Shown piece after piece: positions 51,835 to 64,000 of a DNA stretch of 64,000 bases. How positions within the stretch are numbered: the first letter of the stretch is position 1; the number at the start of each line of letters is the position of its first letter. The position numbers were made by a program, and so were the translations under genes. Source of the DNA: Sphaerodactylus townsendi. Lineage: Eukaryota. The stretch is from assembly GCF_021028975.2 (NCBI RefSeq), contig NC_059431.1:56606001-56670000 (forward strand). The letters run 5' to 3'. Under the pieces are notes generated by a model. It worked only from the letters and a program-made list of their open reading frames with translations. It ran no database searches and had not been told where the DNA came from.

Positions 51835-52656
51835 CTGGTTGGAAAAAGATTGTCACATAATCCTTAGACAATTGGTTTGTAGCAATAATATTTCTAAGCA
51901 ACAATAAAACCAGGAGAGCAGACATTTTTAGTTTAGGAAGGAGGCATATGATTAAGCTTATTACTTTAGGCAACATTAAACCAGCATATCATATATACCC
52001 AATATTCTGGCTTGTTGGAGCATGGTCAAGAGGTGGGAAGGCAGTATGGGTTTGGTTTTGAGTGCAGAGGACAAAAAAAGACATGCCCGGCCTGCCTTCT
52101 CCCGTCAAGATCTCTGGCATGTCCAGTGGAGCTTGTGGGCAAGAGAGTCCAACCCCATTCATACAAATTACTAGCCTTGTCATGGATCACTCTTAATGTA
52201 GTTAAATGGTACATTGAGGTGTGATTTGGGGTGTAAAGAGCCTCTGAGTAGAATCATTAGCTCACTTTAGTGGCCCATTTTTCAAGGCGAAATTAAAATG
52301 TATAAAACAGATCATGAGAGGGAAGGCAGGAAAGTTGCATCAGTGCTTGGCTTTCATGGCCATTTCTTACAGGCCTAGCATAATGTTGATCAACATTTTC
52401 AATTCAAGCCTTTATTGGCATTCCATGTTACAATAAAACAGTTGTCCATAAAAAACAGATAAATACATCAAACATATACACATAGTGATAGTCCTGTGGG
52501 TAATATTTGTAGTTCAGACTCTTATCAATAGTGTAGTCCAAATGGACTCATTTGATCAACATTTAGTGATCAGAAAGGAATTTTCCTTCAGATCAGGTGG
52601 GCCGGGGATCCTGGAGGTTTTTTGCCATCTTCTGGAAATAGAGCAGGGGTCATTGA

Positions 52657-53932
52657 CAGGGGCGTAACGAGGTAAACTGGAGCCCTGGGCAAAACCTGAG
52701 TTGGATGCCCCCCATGGGCAGCGGAAGGAGGTGGAGCTCCCGTTCTCCTTCCCTGGTGGCTTGGGGCTTCCCCCCTCCCTGCCAGCTGAACTTAGGCACC
52801 CCCCCTTACCGGCGAAATGGTGTGAGATGCGGGGGGCAGGCAAGCAGCGGCAGGCAGCGGCAGCATCCAGGGTAGAGCAGCGCGGTAGGTGGGTCGGCCA
52901 GGTGCATGTGTGCCCCTGACTGCTAGTCCTGCCACCCCACAAAGATCCATCTGAGGACGCAGCTGGCAAGAGGCGGCGCACAGGCAGCAAGGCTTGGCGG
53001 TTCAGCTGAGCTGGTTCGGAGACACTAGGAGGGCCAAGGGCCCAAGCCTGCCCCCTCCGAACTCTGTGCGATCCGAACTTGTGGTAACATCCGAGATTCT
53101 CTGATGTGTTTTTATTTTTTGGTGTTTTTTGCATTTCGGCCTGCAGGAGGCGCATTTTTAGAGGTATCAGCACCAAAATGTTAGAGTATCTTCAAGTTGT
53201 GGACCCCCAAAGGGGTAGCCCCTATCCCCCATTGTTTCCAGTGGGAGCTAAGGAGATGGGGGCTGCACCTTTGAGGGCCCATAACTTTGGCCCCCCTGAA
53301 CTAAACTTCACCAAACTTGGGGGGTGTCATCAGGACAGTCTCTTGATGATACCCTGAAATTTTGGTGCCACTAGCTTTAAAAATGCTGTTTTTTGTGTTT
53401 CGTTGCTCCTGCACATGAAGCCTGCTGAGTTCCACAAAAAAACCCAGCATTTTTAAAGCTAGTTACACCAAAATTTCAGGGTATTTTCAGGAGACCGTCC
53501 TCATGACACCTCCCAAGTTTGGTGAAGTTTGGTTCAGGGGGGCCAAAGTTATGGACTCCCAAAAGAGGTGCCCCATCCCCCATTGTTTCCAATGGAAGCT
53601 AACAGAAGATATGGGCTGCCCCTTTGAGGGTCCATAACTTTAGCCCCCCTGAACCAAACTTCACCAAACTTGGAGGGTGTCATTAGGACAGTCTCCTGAA
53701 GATACCCTGAAAGTTTTATGACTGTGCCTTCAGAAATGTGCACCCCACAGGCTGCACCAGAAATTCTCCATTGACATCAATGGAAAAAAATCAATGCAGA
53801 AGTAAGATTCTTGGGCAAATTTCTGGGAGTGCCTGTCAGGGGTGCAATTGTTAAGCTAGTGACACCAAAATTTCAGGGTATCATCAGGAGACTGTCCTGA
53901 TGACAATCCCCAAGTTTGGTGAAGTTTGGTTC
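52657..53932. mobile_element. hAT-like element (CAGGGGCGTA terminus) with a GC-rich segment and a palindromic module array; right end truncated
   Basis: Left end caggggcgtaacgaggtaaactggagccctgggcaa. 53150-53932 repeats the module seen at 11050-11935. Confidence 0.65.
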
Positions 53933-54080
53933 ACAATTCAATTAAAAACAGAACCAAACCCAGCCTCAATGTCTGTTGGTTTTCTGTGAGGACAGCACTA
54001 TGCTTAAGAATTCAAAACCAATTTTGTTTTTAAAACCAACCAACCAACTAAGCCAGAGATATATAACCAATGATACACAC

Positions 54081-54257
54081 TTTTCAGGATTGTAAATGTT
54101 CATCTCCTCCAGGAAAAGGCTGTCACTTAGAAAACCACTCTTTCCTATCCTGGCCAAGAACTTCAAAACGATTCCCTTCTCTGACCCAAGGAATACCACA
54201 GTGTAATCCTGATGTGGTCCGGCAGCAGCATCTATAGCAATTTTGGTCAGGCGGTAT
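54081..54257 (-). CDS. SEMA6A: SEMA6A internal exon (177 nt, phase 2-2), Sema domain: YRLTKIAIDAAAGPHQDYTVVFLGSEKGIVLKFLARIGKSGFLSDSLFLEEMNIYNPE(K)
   Basis: Acceptor catttcag|A, donor AA|gtgtgt. Lies within ORF 53966..54274 and is in frame with the neighbouring exons. Confidence 0.97.
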
Positions 54258-55595
54258 CTGAAATGAAACAGCACAGTTTTAACCTCTGCCTTAGCCAGTT
54301 ATTTGCTGTGCTATTTTTTTTCCAGTTCATAGATAACTATTTACCAATTTTCCAAGCACAATTTATATTCATACCCCTGCCCCAATTTTCCATTTAAGCC
54401 ACCCAAAAAGATCCAAACAAGTATATTCACAGTAAAAATCAGGTCCAGGCTGGGCTGAAATGAAAATCTTAGTTTTGTATCTGTTCGATAATTTTGAGGC
54501 AAGGAAGTTCTTCTTGATCTTTTTAGGGTACTTCCTGTGTAGATTTTAACATAATAGTTTTCTGTGTTGGCCCGCAGTTATGTAATAAGCTGTATTTTGT
54601 AATGTGGAAATGGTTACATATGTATTTTTTACATGTATGATTTCAGATGCTGATATAGAAATCAGATTCCTCCAGTGACACACAAATAAATATACTAACA
54701 ACATATAAATGTTTTCATAGATGCCAGTTAACATGTGGAAAAAATAATGTGCAAATTTTCCCCTAACACAAAACACATAAATCATTCCAAGTATTTTCCA
54801 CAGACTGGAAGTTACTTGTATATCCTTGGGGAGGGGGGAAGGTCCTGTTACTGTTTCCTTTTACACTGAGACACAGGATTACTTGGATGAAAGTTCTTTG
54901 AACACTTGTGTAAACATTGAAACTATTCACAATATATCCTAACCAGAACTATCATATCCTGAAAACATCCTAGCACACAGATTTTATATCCGGTGGATGT
55001 ACTCTTAAGGCCCATGCTAATTTTACCCAGAATTTCCAATTGTGGTAGCAAAATGTTAACCATAAGCAAACTCTTATGCAGGCATTTTGTCTGGGATCTA
55101 GGCTGACAACTACCTAGTTGGACTGAATGGCATCCTTACATTCTCCCAAGCTGTTTTAGTAATACTGCAGTATTCGTAATCTGTGGTAATTCCTTATCCC
55201 TACAGTAACTTCTCTGAACGTGGGAGGTAAGATTAGAAATGGTATCAAATGCCAAGATTACAAACCCATCAGTCCAACATTCTCTTTTGATTACATTTAC
55301 AAATTTAACTGCTGCTGCTCACCCAGATTCCCACAATATTTTGAAAAAATTAAATGGTATTAGTCCCAGTATTTCCTTAATGTGGTATTAATATAAGCAG
55401 CAGTCCTCCAGTAATTATAAACTTTTGCGATGTATTATTTCAGTTTTTTTAACGCGTTTCCGATCAGGCTGAGTCAGATTTATGGCAAATACAGCCAATG
55501 TGTTTGTGGAATTTCAAAACAGATAAATCAAAGTATATTAGAAGGGAGAAGAGGGGAGGGAACAGAGGGAAGGAATCTGAAAGAAAGATATTTAC

Positions 55596-55751
55596 CTGAC
55601 CATTGTCCGCAAAAACCACGGCTTGTTGCTAATTGATGGTATTGCTTCGTCCATGAGAGGATGTGTTTTGATAAAATTTAAAGTGTCATCTGGAAATTCA
55701 TTGGAAGTTGTGTATTTTTCAAGCAAATCAGAGGCTGCACAAGAACCTGGT
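55596..55751 (-). CDS. SEMA6A: SEMA6A internal exon (156 nt, phase 2-2), Sema domain: (R)PGSCAASDLLEKYTTSNEFPDDTLNFIKTHPLMDEAIPSISNKPWFLRTMV(R)
   Basis: Acceptor tttatttag|A, donor AG|gtaaat. The translation matches the class-6 semaphorin motif FPDDTLNFIKTHPLMDEA. Confidence 0.97.
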
Positions 55752-55926
55752 CTAAATAAAGGATAGAGTGGGGAAGGAATGTAATTACTTAATGTTATTG
55801 TGTAAATATTTTACATATACTCTCTGTTATTAGGTGTGTAACAGCATCTGTTATTAGGTGAGACTGTGCTAAAGGCCTTGTAGAAGTTTCTGAACAATGC
55901 ATAATACCAACAACTGACACTTTCTT

Positions 55927-55992
55927 AGCTTTCCTCAGGGCCTAGTTATTCCATAGCAAGCTTTCCTCAGGGCCTAGTTATTCCATAGCAAG
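55927..55992. repeat. Perfect 32-bp tandem duplication
   Basis: agctttcctcagggcctagttattccatagca occurs twice. Confidence 0.95.
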
Positions 55993-56967
55993 AATTTAGC
56001 ATTTGGTTTTGTTTATCAGGGGAATAACTGATTTATGACCATTCGGGCACCAAAATTTCCTAAGCAGATTATGAAGTTTGTAAAATGCAAGTTCACAGTT
56101 CATCCATCTACATGGAACCCATTAAACACATGCAGTTTGGCAAGATTTGGACAATTCTTTAGGACCACTCCAGATTTACTTCTGCAAGGCTCTTGTTCTT
56201 GGATTTAAAAGCACTGTATTTAATTTAAAAGGGAAATGTTATGTTTTTCTGAAAGTGTGAAATAAAGATGCATAAAAACACAGCCTGCAGAGTGAATCTA
56301 GCCAGCATTTAAATAAACATCCTCTTTCTATGGCTCCAAAGAACATTTTATTTTTTGACAAGTATGAAAACCCTAGGCTTTTAAGCATGAGTCTGCAGAG
56401 TCCTCTAATAAGACACAGTGTTATCTGTCTTGGATAACTGGAATACAAATGTGCTCAGTTCATTCCTGGAATCTGCCCAGTATTCTCATAGAAGCTGAGC
56501 CAAACTAATCATATGCTGCCAGCAGAAAAATCTACTTTCTTTTGCTGACTATGCCCTAACTCATGTCTCCTCCATCTCCTTCCTACAGTTCCTTCTTTCC
56601 ACAGTTGTTATCTTGTCCACTTGTTGAACTGAGAAGGATACAATGCAAGTTTACATACAGCAATTATGGACCTGCATAGACTGAGCAACTCTTGCATTGC
56701 AATTAAAGTTTCATTATGACAAAATTACAAACGTCTGGGTAAAGGACTGAAATTGTGCAAATTCAGCAAGATTTGTACTGGGTGGAGATGAGGAGGCTAA
56801 AAAAGAACAAGCCAGTGATGCTTTGTAGAAATAGTATTTATGCAAGTGTAAAGATTATTTTCAGGATAATAGAAAATGAAATGAAGTGTGACAAAAATGC
56901 TCCTGCAGCCAGACGCTAGAAAAGCATCTCCTAGAAGTCAGAGAAAACGCATGCTGCTTTTCATCTA

Positions 56968-58177
56968 ACATACAAACATAAGAAAGAGCCTTGCTGGATC
57001 AAACCAGAGTCCATCTAGTCCAGCACTCTGCTACTCACAGTGGCCCATCAGATGCCTTTGGGAGCTCACATGAAAGATGTGAAAGCAATGGCCTTCTGCT
57101 GTTGCTGCTCTTGAGCACCTGGTCTGCTAAGGAATTTGAAATCTCAGATCAAAGAGGATCAAGATTGGTAGCCATAGATCGACTTCTCCTCCATAAATCT
57201 GTCCAAGCCCCTTTTAAAGCTATCCAGGTTAGTGGCCATCACCACCTCCTGTGGCAGCATATTCCAAATACCAATCACATGTTGCGTGAAGAAATGTTTC
57301 CTTTTATTAGTCCTAATTCTTTCCCCCAACATTTTAAATGGATGCCCCCTGGTTTTAGTATTGTGAGAAAGAGAGAAAACTTTCTCTCTGTCAACATTTT
57401 CTACCCCATGCATAATTTTATAGACTTCAATCATATCCCCCTCAGACGTCTCCTCTCCAAACTAAAGAGTCCCAAAGGCTGCAGCCTCTTCTCATAAGGA
57501 AGGTGCTTCAATCCCTCAATCATCCTCATTGCCCTTCTCTGTACTTTTTCTATCTCTTCGGTATCCTTTTTGAGATGTGGCGACCAGAACTGAACACAGT
57601 ACTCCAAGTGTGGTCGGATCACTGCTTTATATAAGGGCATGACAATCTTTGCAGTTTTATTATCAATTCCTTTCCTAATTATCCCCAGCATAGAGTTTGC
57701 CTTTTTCACAGCTGCCATGCATTGAGTTGACATTCCCATGGAACTATCAACTAAGACGCCCAAATCCCTTTCCTGGTCTGTGACTGATAGAACTGACCCC
57801 TGTAGCATGTATGTGAAGTTTGGATTTTTTGCCCCTATGTGTATCACTTTACATTTTGCTACATTGAACTGCATTTGCCATTTCTTAGCCCACTCACCTA
57901 ATTTATAAAGGTCCACTTGGAGCTCTTCGCAATCCTTTGCGGTTCTCACCACCCTACACAATTTGGTATCATCTGCAAACTTGGCCACCACACTACCCAG
58001 CCCTACTTCCAAGTCATTTATGAATAGGTTAAAGAGCACTGGTCCCAAAACGGATCCTGGGGGGACACCACTCCCTACATCTCTCCACTGTGAGAACATC
58101 AGGGAGAAGTTGCATATTAAAGTGAGAAGATCATCAATTTCATGCTTGAGATCATTAAGAACTTTTGGGTGAATGCA
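56968..58177 (-). mobile_element. 3' part of an outer CR1 LINE (RT C-terminus and 3' tail) with an internal deletion near 58098
   Basis: ORF 57431..58186 contains GVPPGSVLGPVLFNLFINDL...KFADDTKL; ORF 57159..57434; CR1 tail at ~56968. Segment 58099-58177 corresponds to 59845-59927 of the inner copy. Confidence 0.92.
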
Positions 58178-61100
58178 TAAGAACATAAGAACAAGCCAGC
58201 TGGATCAGACCAAAGTCCATCTAGTCCAGCTCTCTGCTACTCGCAGTGGCCCACCAGGTGCCTTTGGGAGCTCACATGTAGGATGTGAACGCAATGGCCT
58301 TCTGCGGCTGTTGCTCCCGATCACCTGGTCTGTTATGGCATTTGCAATCTCAGATCAAGGAGGATCAAGATTGGTAGCCATAAATCGACTTCTCCTCCAT
58401 AAATCTGTCCAAGCCCCTTTTAAAGCTATCCAGGTTAGTGGCCATCACCACCTCCTGTGGCAGCATATTCCAAACACCAATCACACGTTGCGTGAAGAAG
58501 TGTTTCCTTGTATTAGTACTAATTCTTCCCCCCAGCATTTTCAATGAATGCCCCCTGGTTCTAGTATTGTGAGAAAGAGAGAAAAATTTCTCTCTGTCAA
58601 CATTTTCTACCCCATGCATAATTTTGTAGACTTCAATCATATCCCCCTCCCTCAGCCGCCTCCTCTCCAAACTAAAGAGTCCCAAACACTGCAGCCTCTC
58701 CTCCTCATAGGGAAGGTGCCTCCCAGTTCCCTCAATCATCCTTGTTGCCCTTCTCTGCACTTTTCTATCTCCCTCAATATCCTTTTTGATGTATGCGGCG
58801 ACTAGAACTGGACACCAAGTACTCCCAAGTCGCTGGTGCAGCACCACTGCTTTATATAAGGGTACATGACAATCTTTGCAGTTTATTATTATCAATTCCC
58901 TTTTTCTAATGATCCCCAGCATAGAGTTTGCCTTTTTCACAGCTGCCATGCATTGAGTTGACATTCCCATGGAACTATCAACTAAGGCATGCCTTAAATC
59001 CCCTTTCCTGGTCTGTGACTGAGTAGCGCACTGACCCCTGTGTAAGCGTGTATGTGAAGTTTGGATTTTTTGCCCCTATGTGCATCACTTTTACATTTTG
59101 CTACACTTGAACTGCATTTGCCATTTCACTGGAGCTTCCGCTCACCTAATGAATTCCATATCAAGGTCCGCTTTGGACGCACTTCAATCCTTTGTGGTTC
59201 TCACCACCCCTACATAATTTGTGGTATCATCTGCAAACTTGGCCACCACGCTTACCCACCTTCTGTACTTCCAGGTCATTTATGAATGGGTTAAAGAGCA
59301 CTTTGGTCCCAATATGGATCTTTTGGGGGGACACACCAGCTTCCGACATCTCTCTCCATTGTAGGAGGAACTTCCCATTTTACACCCACTCTTTGTTTCC
59401 CTGTTTCTCAACCAGTTTTTTTAATAATCCATAGGAGGGACTTCCCCTCTTATTCCCTTCATTGCTGGAGTTTTCTCAAACAGTCTCTGGTGTGAGGAAC
59501 TTTGTTCAAAAGCCTTTTGGAAATCCAAGTAGACAATGTCCACCGGTTCCTGTCCCACATGCCTGTTTTATGCACCCCTCAAAGAACTCCTGAAGTAAGT
59601 TTCCAGGTAAGAACCAGGACTTGCCTCTGCAAAGCCATGCTGACTCTTTCTCCCAGCAGGTCTTGCTTTTCTACATGTTTTATAATTTCTTATCTTTTAA
59701 TGATAGATTCTACTAATTTACTCAGGAACAGATGTCAGATACTGACGGGCCTGTAATTTCCCTGGTCCCCCTAGATCCCCTTTCTCTTAAAGATTGGTGT
59801 GACATCTAGTCCATCTTCCAGTCTTCAGGGATGGAGCCTGATTTCCAGGGATAAGTTGCATATTAAAAGGTGAGAAGATCAGCAATTTCATGCTTGAGCT
59901 CTTTAAGAACACTTTGGGGTGAATGCAATCTGGGCCAGGGGATTTGGTAACATTTAGCTTTATCAATGGCTGCCAGAACTTCTTCCTTGTCTACCACTAT
60001 CTTAGCTTAGTTCCTCGGATTAAGCCTCCTCTAAGAAGCTTGGTTCAGGTGCAGGAATGTTCCTCCACCTCCTCTTGGGTGAAGACAGATGCAAAGAGAA
60101 TTCATTCAGCTTCTCTGCAATCTCCCTGCCATCTCTTTAGCACACCCTTTGTTCCTTTGTCATCTAAGCTTGGGCCTACCGCCCCTTCCCTTGCTGGTCT
60201 TCCCACTCAGCTTTTGATGTACTTGAAGAACTGTTTGATGCTGGTCTTGATGTTCTAGGCCATGCTGCTCTCCCTCATAATCCTTTTTTTTGCCTCCCTT
60301 ACAGCTATAACTTGCTTCCTCTTTTGCCCACCATTTTGTGTTTCTCTCTCATACATTCTTCTTATCAGCCAAACTGGACTTCCCATTTTTCTAAAAGACA
60401 TTTTCTTTTTTCTGATAATTTTCCCTCAACCTCTCTCTTGTTGTTAACCATGGTGGCTTTCTTTTGGACTGGGTGCTGCCTTTTCTAACCTGTGGAACAC
60501 ATTCCAGCTTGAAGCTTTTATTACTGTGTTTTTAAATAACCTCCAAGCATCCTGGACCAGTTTTGACTCTCTTATGATTTTTCCCTTTCAGCTTCCCTGC
60601 AGCATCTTCATCCCCCCTCATCTTTGAGAGAAATTTCCCTTTCTGAAGGCGAGATGCTTAACTTCCACATTTGAAGTAGTTGCCACTTGATTTAGCATGC
60701 TGAGATACCCTGAATCTGACAGCATTGTGGTGCGGCTGTTCCCCTATCGACTCCAACAACACTGACTTCCTGCACCAGGTCCTGGGTCCCACATAGGAAT
60801 TCAGATCTAGGATCCACCTCTCCCCTGGTTGGTTCCACAACCATCTGCTCCTAAGCCACAGTCACATTTTCCTAGCATATCCAGGAATGCTCTCTCCTTA
60901 CTATGACCCTGAACATGCCATTTCCTTTCCAGCTCTATATGGGGATAGTTAAAATCACCCATTACCACTACATTTTTGTTTTTGCTGGTCTCTCTCTAAT
61001 TTTTTTTTTTTCTTTTTCCATCTCAGAATCCTCTTGTGCAATTGGGTCAGGGGGACGATAATATATTCCTCATATTCAACTGTCGTTCAAACCTGGAATT

Positions 61101-63133
61101 GCTATCTAGAGTGATTCTGTGGGGGAACAAGCTCCCCTTGCATTGTCTATTTTTTATGTGAGACTATCTGCGGCTCTTGGATGTAAAGGGCAACTCCACC
61201 CTCTAATGCGCCCTGTCCTAATATCCTTCCTATAGAGCCTGTAGCCTGGTATAACTAGCATCCCACTGGTTCTCCTCATCTCCACCTCATGTCTCTGTAA
61301 TGCCCACTATATCAAAGTCCTCCTTCAAAACTCTGTACTCTAGCTCCCCCATTTTAGGCTGGCCTAGATGCTTCTACTATTAGCATAGAGACACCTGTAT
61401 ACCCCTAGTCTCTGTATCCTTAACCCTGGGATTTGTATGTGCTTTACCCTCAGAGTCTCTTTGTAGACACCTATCCCTTTGTCCACATGCACATTGCTAT
61501 GTTCCCTACGGCTTGTATGTGGTTGATTTAGAAAAACCTCCCTCTCTGTCTGCATCCCCATAGATACCTGTATTCCGAACAGAAATCACTTACCTCAGCT
61601 CCTGTCGGCTTTCCCCAGTGATCAGTTTAGAAAGCTGTTTCTGCCACCTTTTTAATGTTGAGCGCCAGCAGCCTGGATTTCCTCTTTGGTTACAGATGAA
61701 GCCCGATCCCCAGTTTGTACAGGCTTCTACCTTTGTCCCAAAGAGGGTTCCCTAGTTCCTGACAACCGTCTGGAAACCCTCTGCCTTGATAAATTCACCA
61801 CCTTCTCATCCACGCATTGAGACCCTCTGTATCTCCGACTTGCCTAGTCTTCCGGCCCTACACGTGGAGCGGGTAGCATTTCTGAGAATGCCACCCTTGA
61901 GGTCCTGGACTTCAAACCTTGTTTCCTAACTTAGCCTAGAGATTTAGCTTCCAGAACCCCTCCTGCCAAGCATTTCCCAATAGTCGCTTGGTTTTGATGT
62001 GGGACCTGACAACTGCTGACTCCACCCCAGCACTGTCTAAAAGCCTATCTAAGGATTTAAGCGTGAGCATCCATGGGTGAACCTTCTCAGACTCCCAAGG
62101 TGCGGAGGTAGAGTCACCATGCAGTCATCACGCCTCTCACAAACTCCAACTCCTGCTAACATTTCTAATGATCGAATCACCCACTAAGCAAGGGGAGCCC
62201 CCACCTCCCCCGAGGGGGTATCCCTCCCAGTCTGCGAGAGGATAGCTGAGTCACCAGTTAAAGGAAGGGATCCCATCTAAGGGGAGACATCTTCCCCCAC
62301 CTCTCAGACTAGCGTAACTCCTCCATCCCCAAGGCCTTCATTCTCTCTGTCACTTTGACATCTGAGAAGAGATGTCACCTTGCTTAGAGTGGGACCCGGG
62401 CTGTTAGGTCCCCTGGAAAAGCCCTCGTCTGTCACCCTCTCTGCCTCCTTTCTAGCTTCTCCCAGGTCTGCCACACTTGGCTTCAAGAGAACGCATTAAT
62501 GCGTTCCTTGAGATTGCCAGGAGCTCATTATGCTCGCGAGGGCACACTCCATGACTTCCTGTCCTAGTGGGCAGATGAGTCATACATGTGACACTCAGGT
62601 GCCAAAACACTGGAAAGCCCCCCCATTCCCCTGCTGGCTTTCTGCCTTCCATATCTGATTTGTTTTAGATATTTAAATATTAAGCTTTTAGTCAGCAGTT
62701 GCCCCTGGGAGCTATCACCACTGCAACGCACTATCATGTCAAAATATGTTCCTTGATTAATTTAAAACCAAAAAAATTAGGGAGAATTAAAATTGTCTTG
62801 GCGCCTGGATTAGGAGTCTTGGCGCCATGGTTCCAGAGACTGGAATCTAAAGCTCCTAAATTCCTCTCAGGACAAAAAGCCCCACCTCTCATAGGACAAA
62901 GCCCCACCTCAGGAACAAGAGAGACAAGGGAGTAGACTCTGGTTAACTTCCCTGTTGAAGCCCTCACCTTCCAGATTCAGCAGCCTTACAAGGAGAAAAA
63001 GAGATAACCCCTGTTAAAATACACTATTTTAAAAGCTGTGGCTTTGAGAAAAGCCCTCCAAAATGAACACCAGCAGGTCACTCTGCTCTTCCTGGCCAAG
63101 TCTCTTCTGCTGCTACTCCTCTCTGCTGGTTCC
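58178..63133 (-). mobile_element. Apparently full-length CR1 LINE (~4.96 kb: 5'UTR, ORF1, ORF2 endonuclease/RT, 3' tail), heavily frameshifted in this sequence
   Basis: 3' tail (ttcttatg)n at ~58178. ORF2 fragments (KKANSMLGII, EKVQRRATRMI, GDMIEVYKIMHG, FFTQRVIGVWNMLP, CLYANSRSI). ORF1 fragments with a Cys-knuckle/coiled-coil-like start at 62304-62652. Flanked by AATGCA at 58172-58177 and 63134-63139. Confidence 0.9.
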
Positions 63134-64000
63134 AATGCAATCTGGGCCAGGGGATTTGGTAGCATTTAGTTTACCAATGGCTGCCAGGACTTCTTCCTTG
63201 TTTACCACTATCTTCACTGGTTCCTCGGATTTGCCTCCTAAGAAGCTTGGTTCAGGTGCAGGAATTTTCCTCACCTCCTCTTGGGTGAAGACAGATGCAA
63301 ATAATTCATTCAGTTTCTCTGCAATCTCCCTGTCATCCTTTAGCACACCTTTTGTTTCTTCATCATTTAGCGGCCTACTGCTTCCCTAGCTGGCTTCCTA
63401 CTTTTGATGTACTTGAAGAACTGTTTGTTGCATGTCTTGATGTTCACAGCCTTGCGTTCCTCATAATCCTTTTTTGCCTGCCTTACAGCTAACTTGCTTC
63501 TCTTTTGCCGCCATTTGTGTTCCTTCTCGTATTCTTCATCAGTCGAGATGGACTTCCATTTTCTAAAAGACATCATCGTTTTTCTGATAATTTCCTCAAC
63601 CTCCCTTGTTCACCACGATGGCTTTCTTTTGGACTGGATGCTGCCTTTCCCAACCTGTGGAACACATTCCAGCTGTGCTTTTATTACTGTGTTTTTAAAT
63701 AACCTCCAAGCATCTTGGACAGTTTTGACTCTCTTGATTTTCCCTTTCAGCTTCCTGCGTACTATTTCCCTCATCTTTGAGAAATTTCCCCTTCGGAAGG
63801 TGAATGTAACTACATTAGTAGTTGTCACTTGCTTGCATGCAGAGATACTGAATCTGACAGCATTGTGGCCGCTGTTCCCTATTGGCTCAACAACACTGAC
63901 TTCCGGTACCAGGTCCTGGGTCCCACACAGAAGGATTACCTCTCCTCTAGTTGGTTCCACAACCCATCTGCTCTAAGCAACAGCCATTTAGCATATGCTC
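63134..64000 (-). mobile_element. Continuation (5'-ward ORF2) of the outer CR1 LINE, running off the window
   Basis: Resumes at aatgcaatctgggccagggatttgg, exactly where the outer copy stops at 58177. ORFs read KSPGPDCI, AEKLNELFASVFT, KQFFKYIKS and GNSGHNAVRF. Confidence 0.9.

Noticed and set aside
52556-53176. 206-aa ORF
   Set aside because: Lies in the GC-rich interior of a non-autonomous element; no transposase or other motif.
55752-56967. Next upstream SEMA6A exon (IPGSAVC...VPKP)
   Set aside because: I found no matching codons; it must lie beyond the CR1 insertions, outside the window.

Overview
Vertebrate genomic DNA, most likely from a squamate reptile (probably a gecko, inferred from the SINE, MITE and CR1 families present). 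The window holds the 3' half of SEMA6A on the minus strand. I can assemble nine GT-AG coding exons in frame: 156, 177, 141, 81, 59, 21, an alternative 51, 165 nt, and a 1190-nt coding part of the last exon. They encode the end of the Sema domain, the PSI domain, the stalk, the transmembrane helix and the full cytoplasmic tail, followed by a ~2.8-kb 3'UTR. The upstream exons lie beyond position 64000. The introns contain many transposon-derived sequences: hAT, Harbinger and Tc1/mariner-type MITEs, tRNA/L2-type and 5S-derived SINEs, Penelope ends with decayed hammerhead motifs, and an apparently full-length CR1 LINE nested inside another CR1. I see no clear-cut new gene system. The best leads are: (i) candidate phase-1 exons in the 27.7-kb last intron that could lengthen the stalk or give secreted, TM-less SEMA6A; (ii) the nested CR1, whose younger copy is paradoxically the more indel-ridden, suggesting assembly error over a possibly intact element; (iii) a palindromic module shared by unrelated transposon shells; (iv) inverted repeats bracketing frame-preserving exons. 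Most other listed ORFs are spurious. Human SEMA6A comparisons are from memory, not from an alignment.
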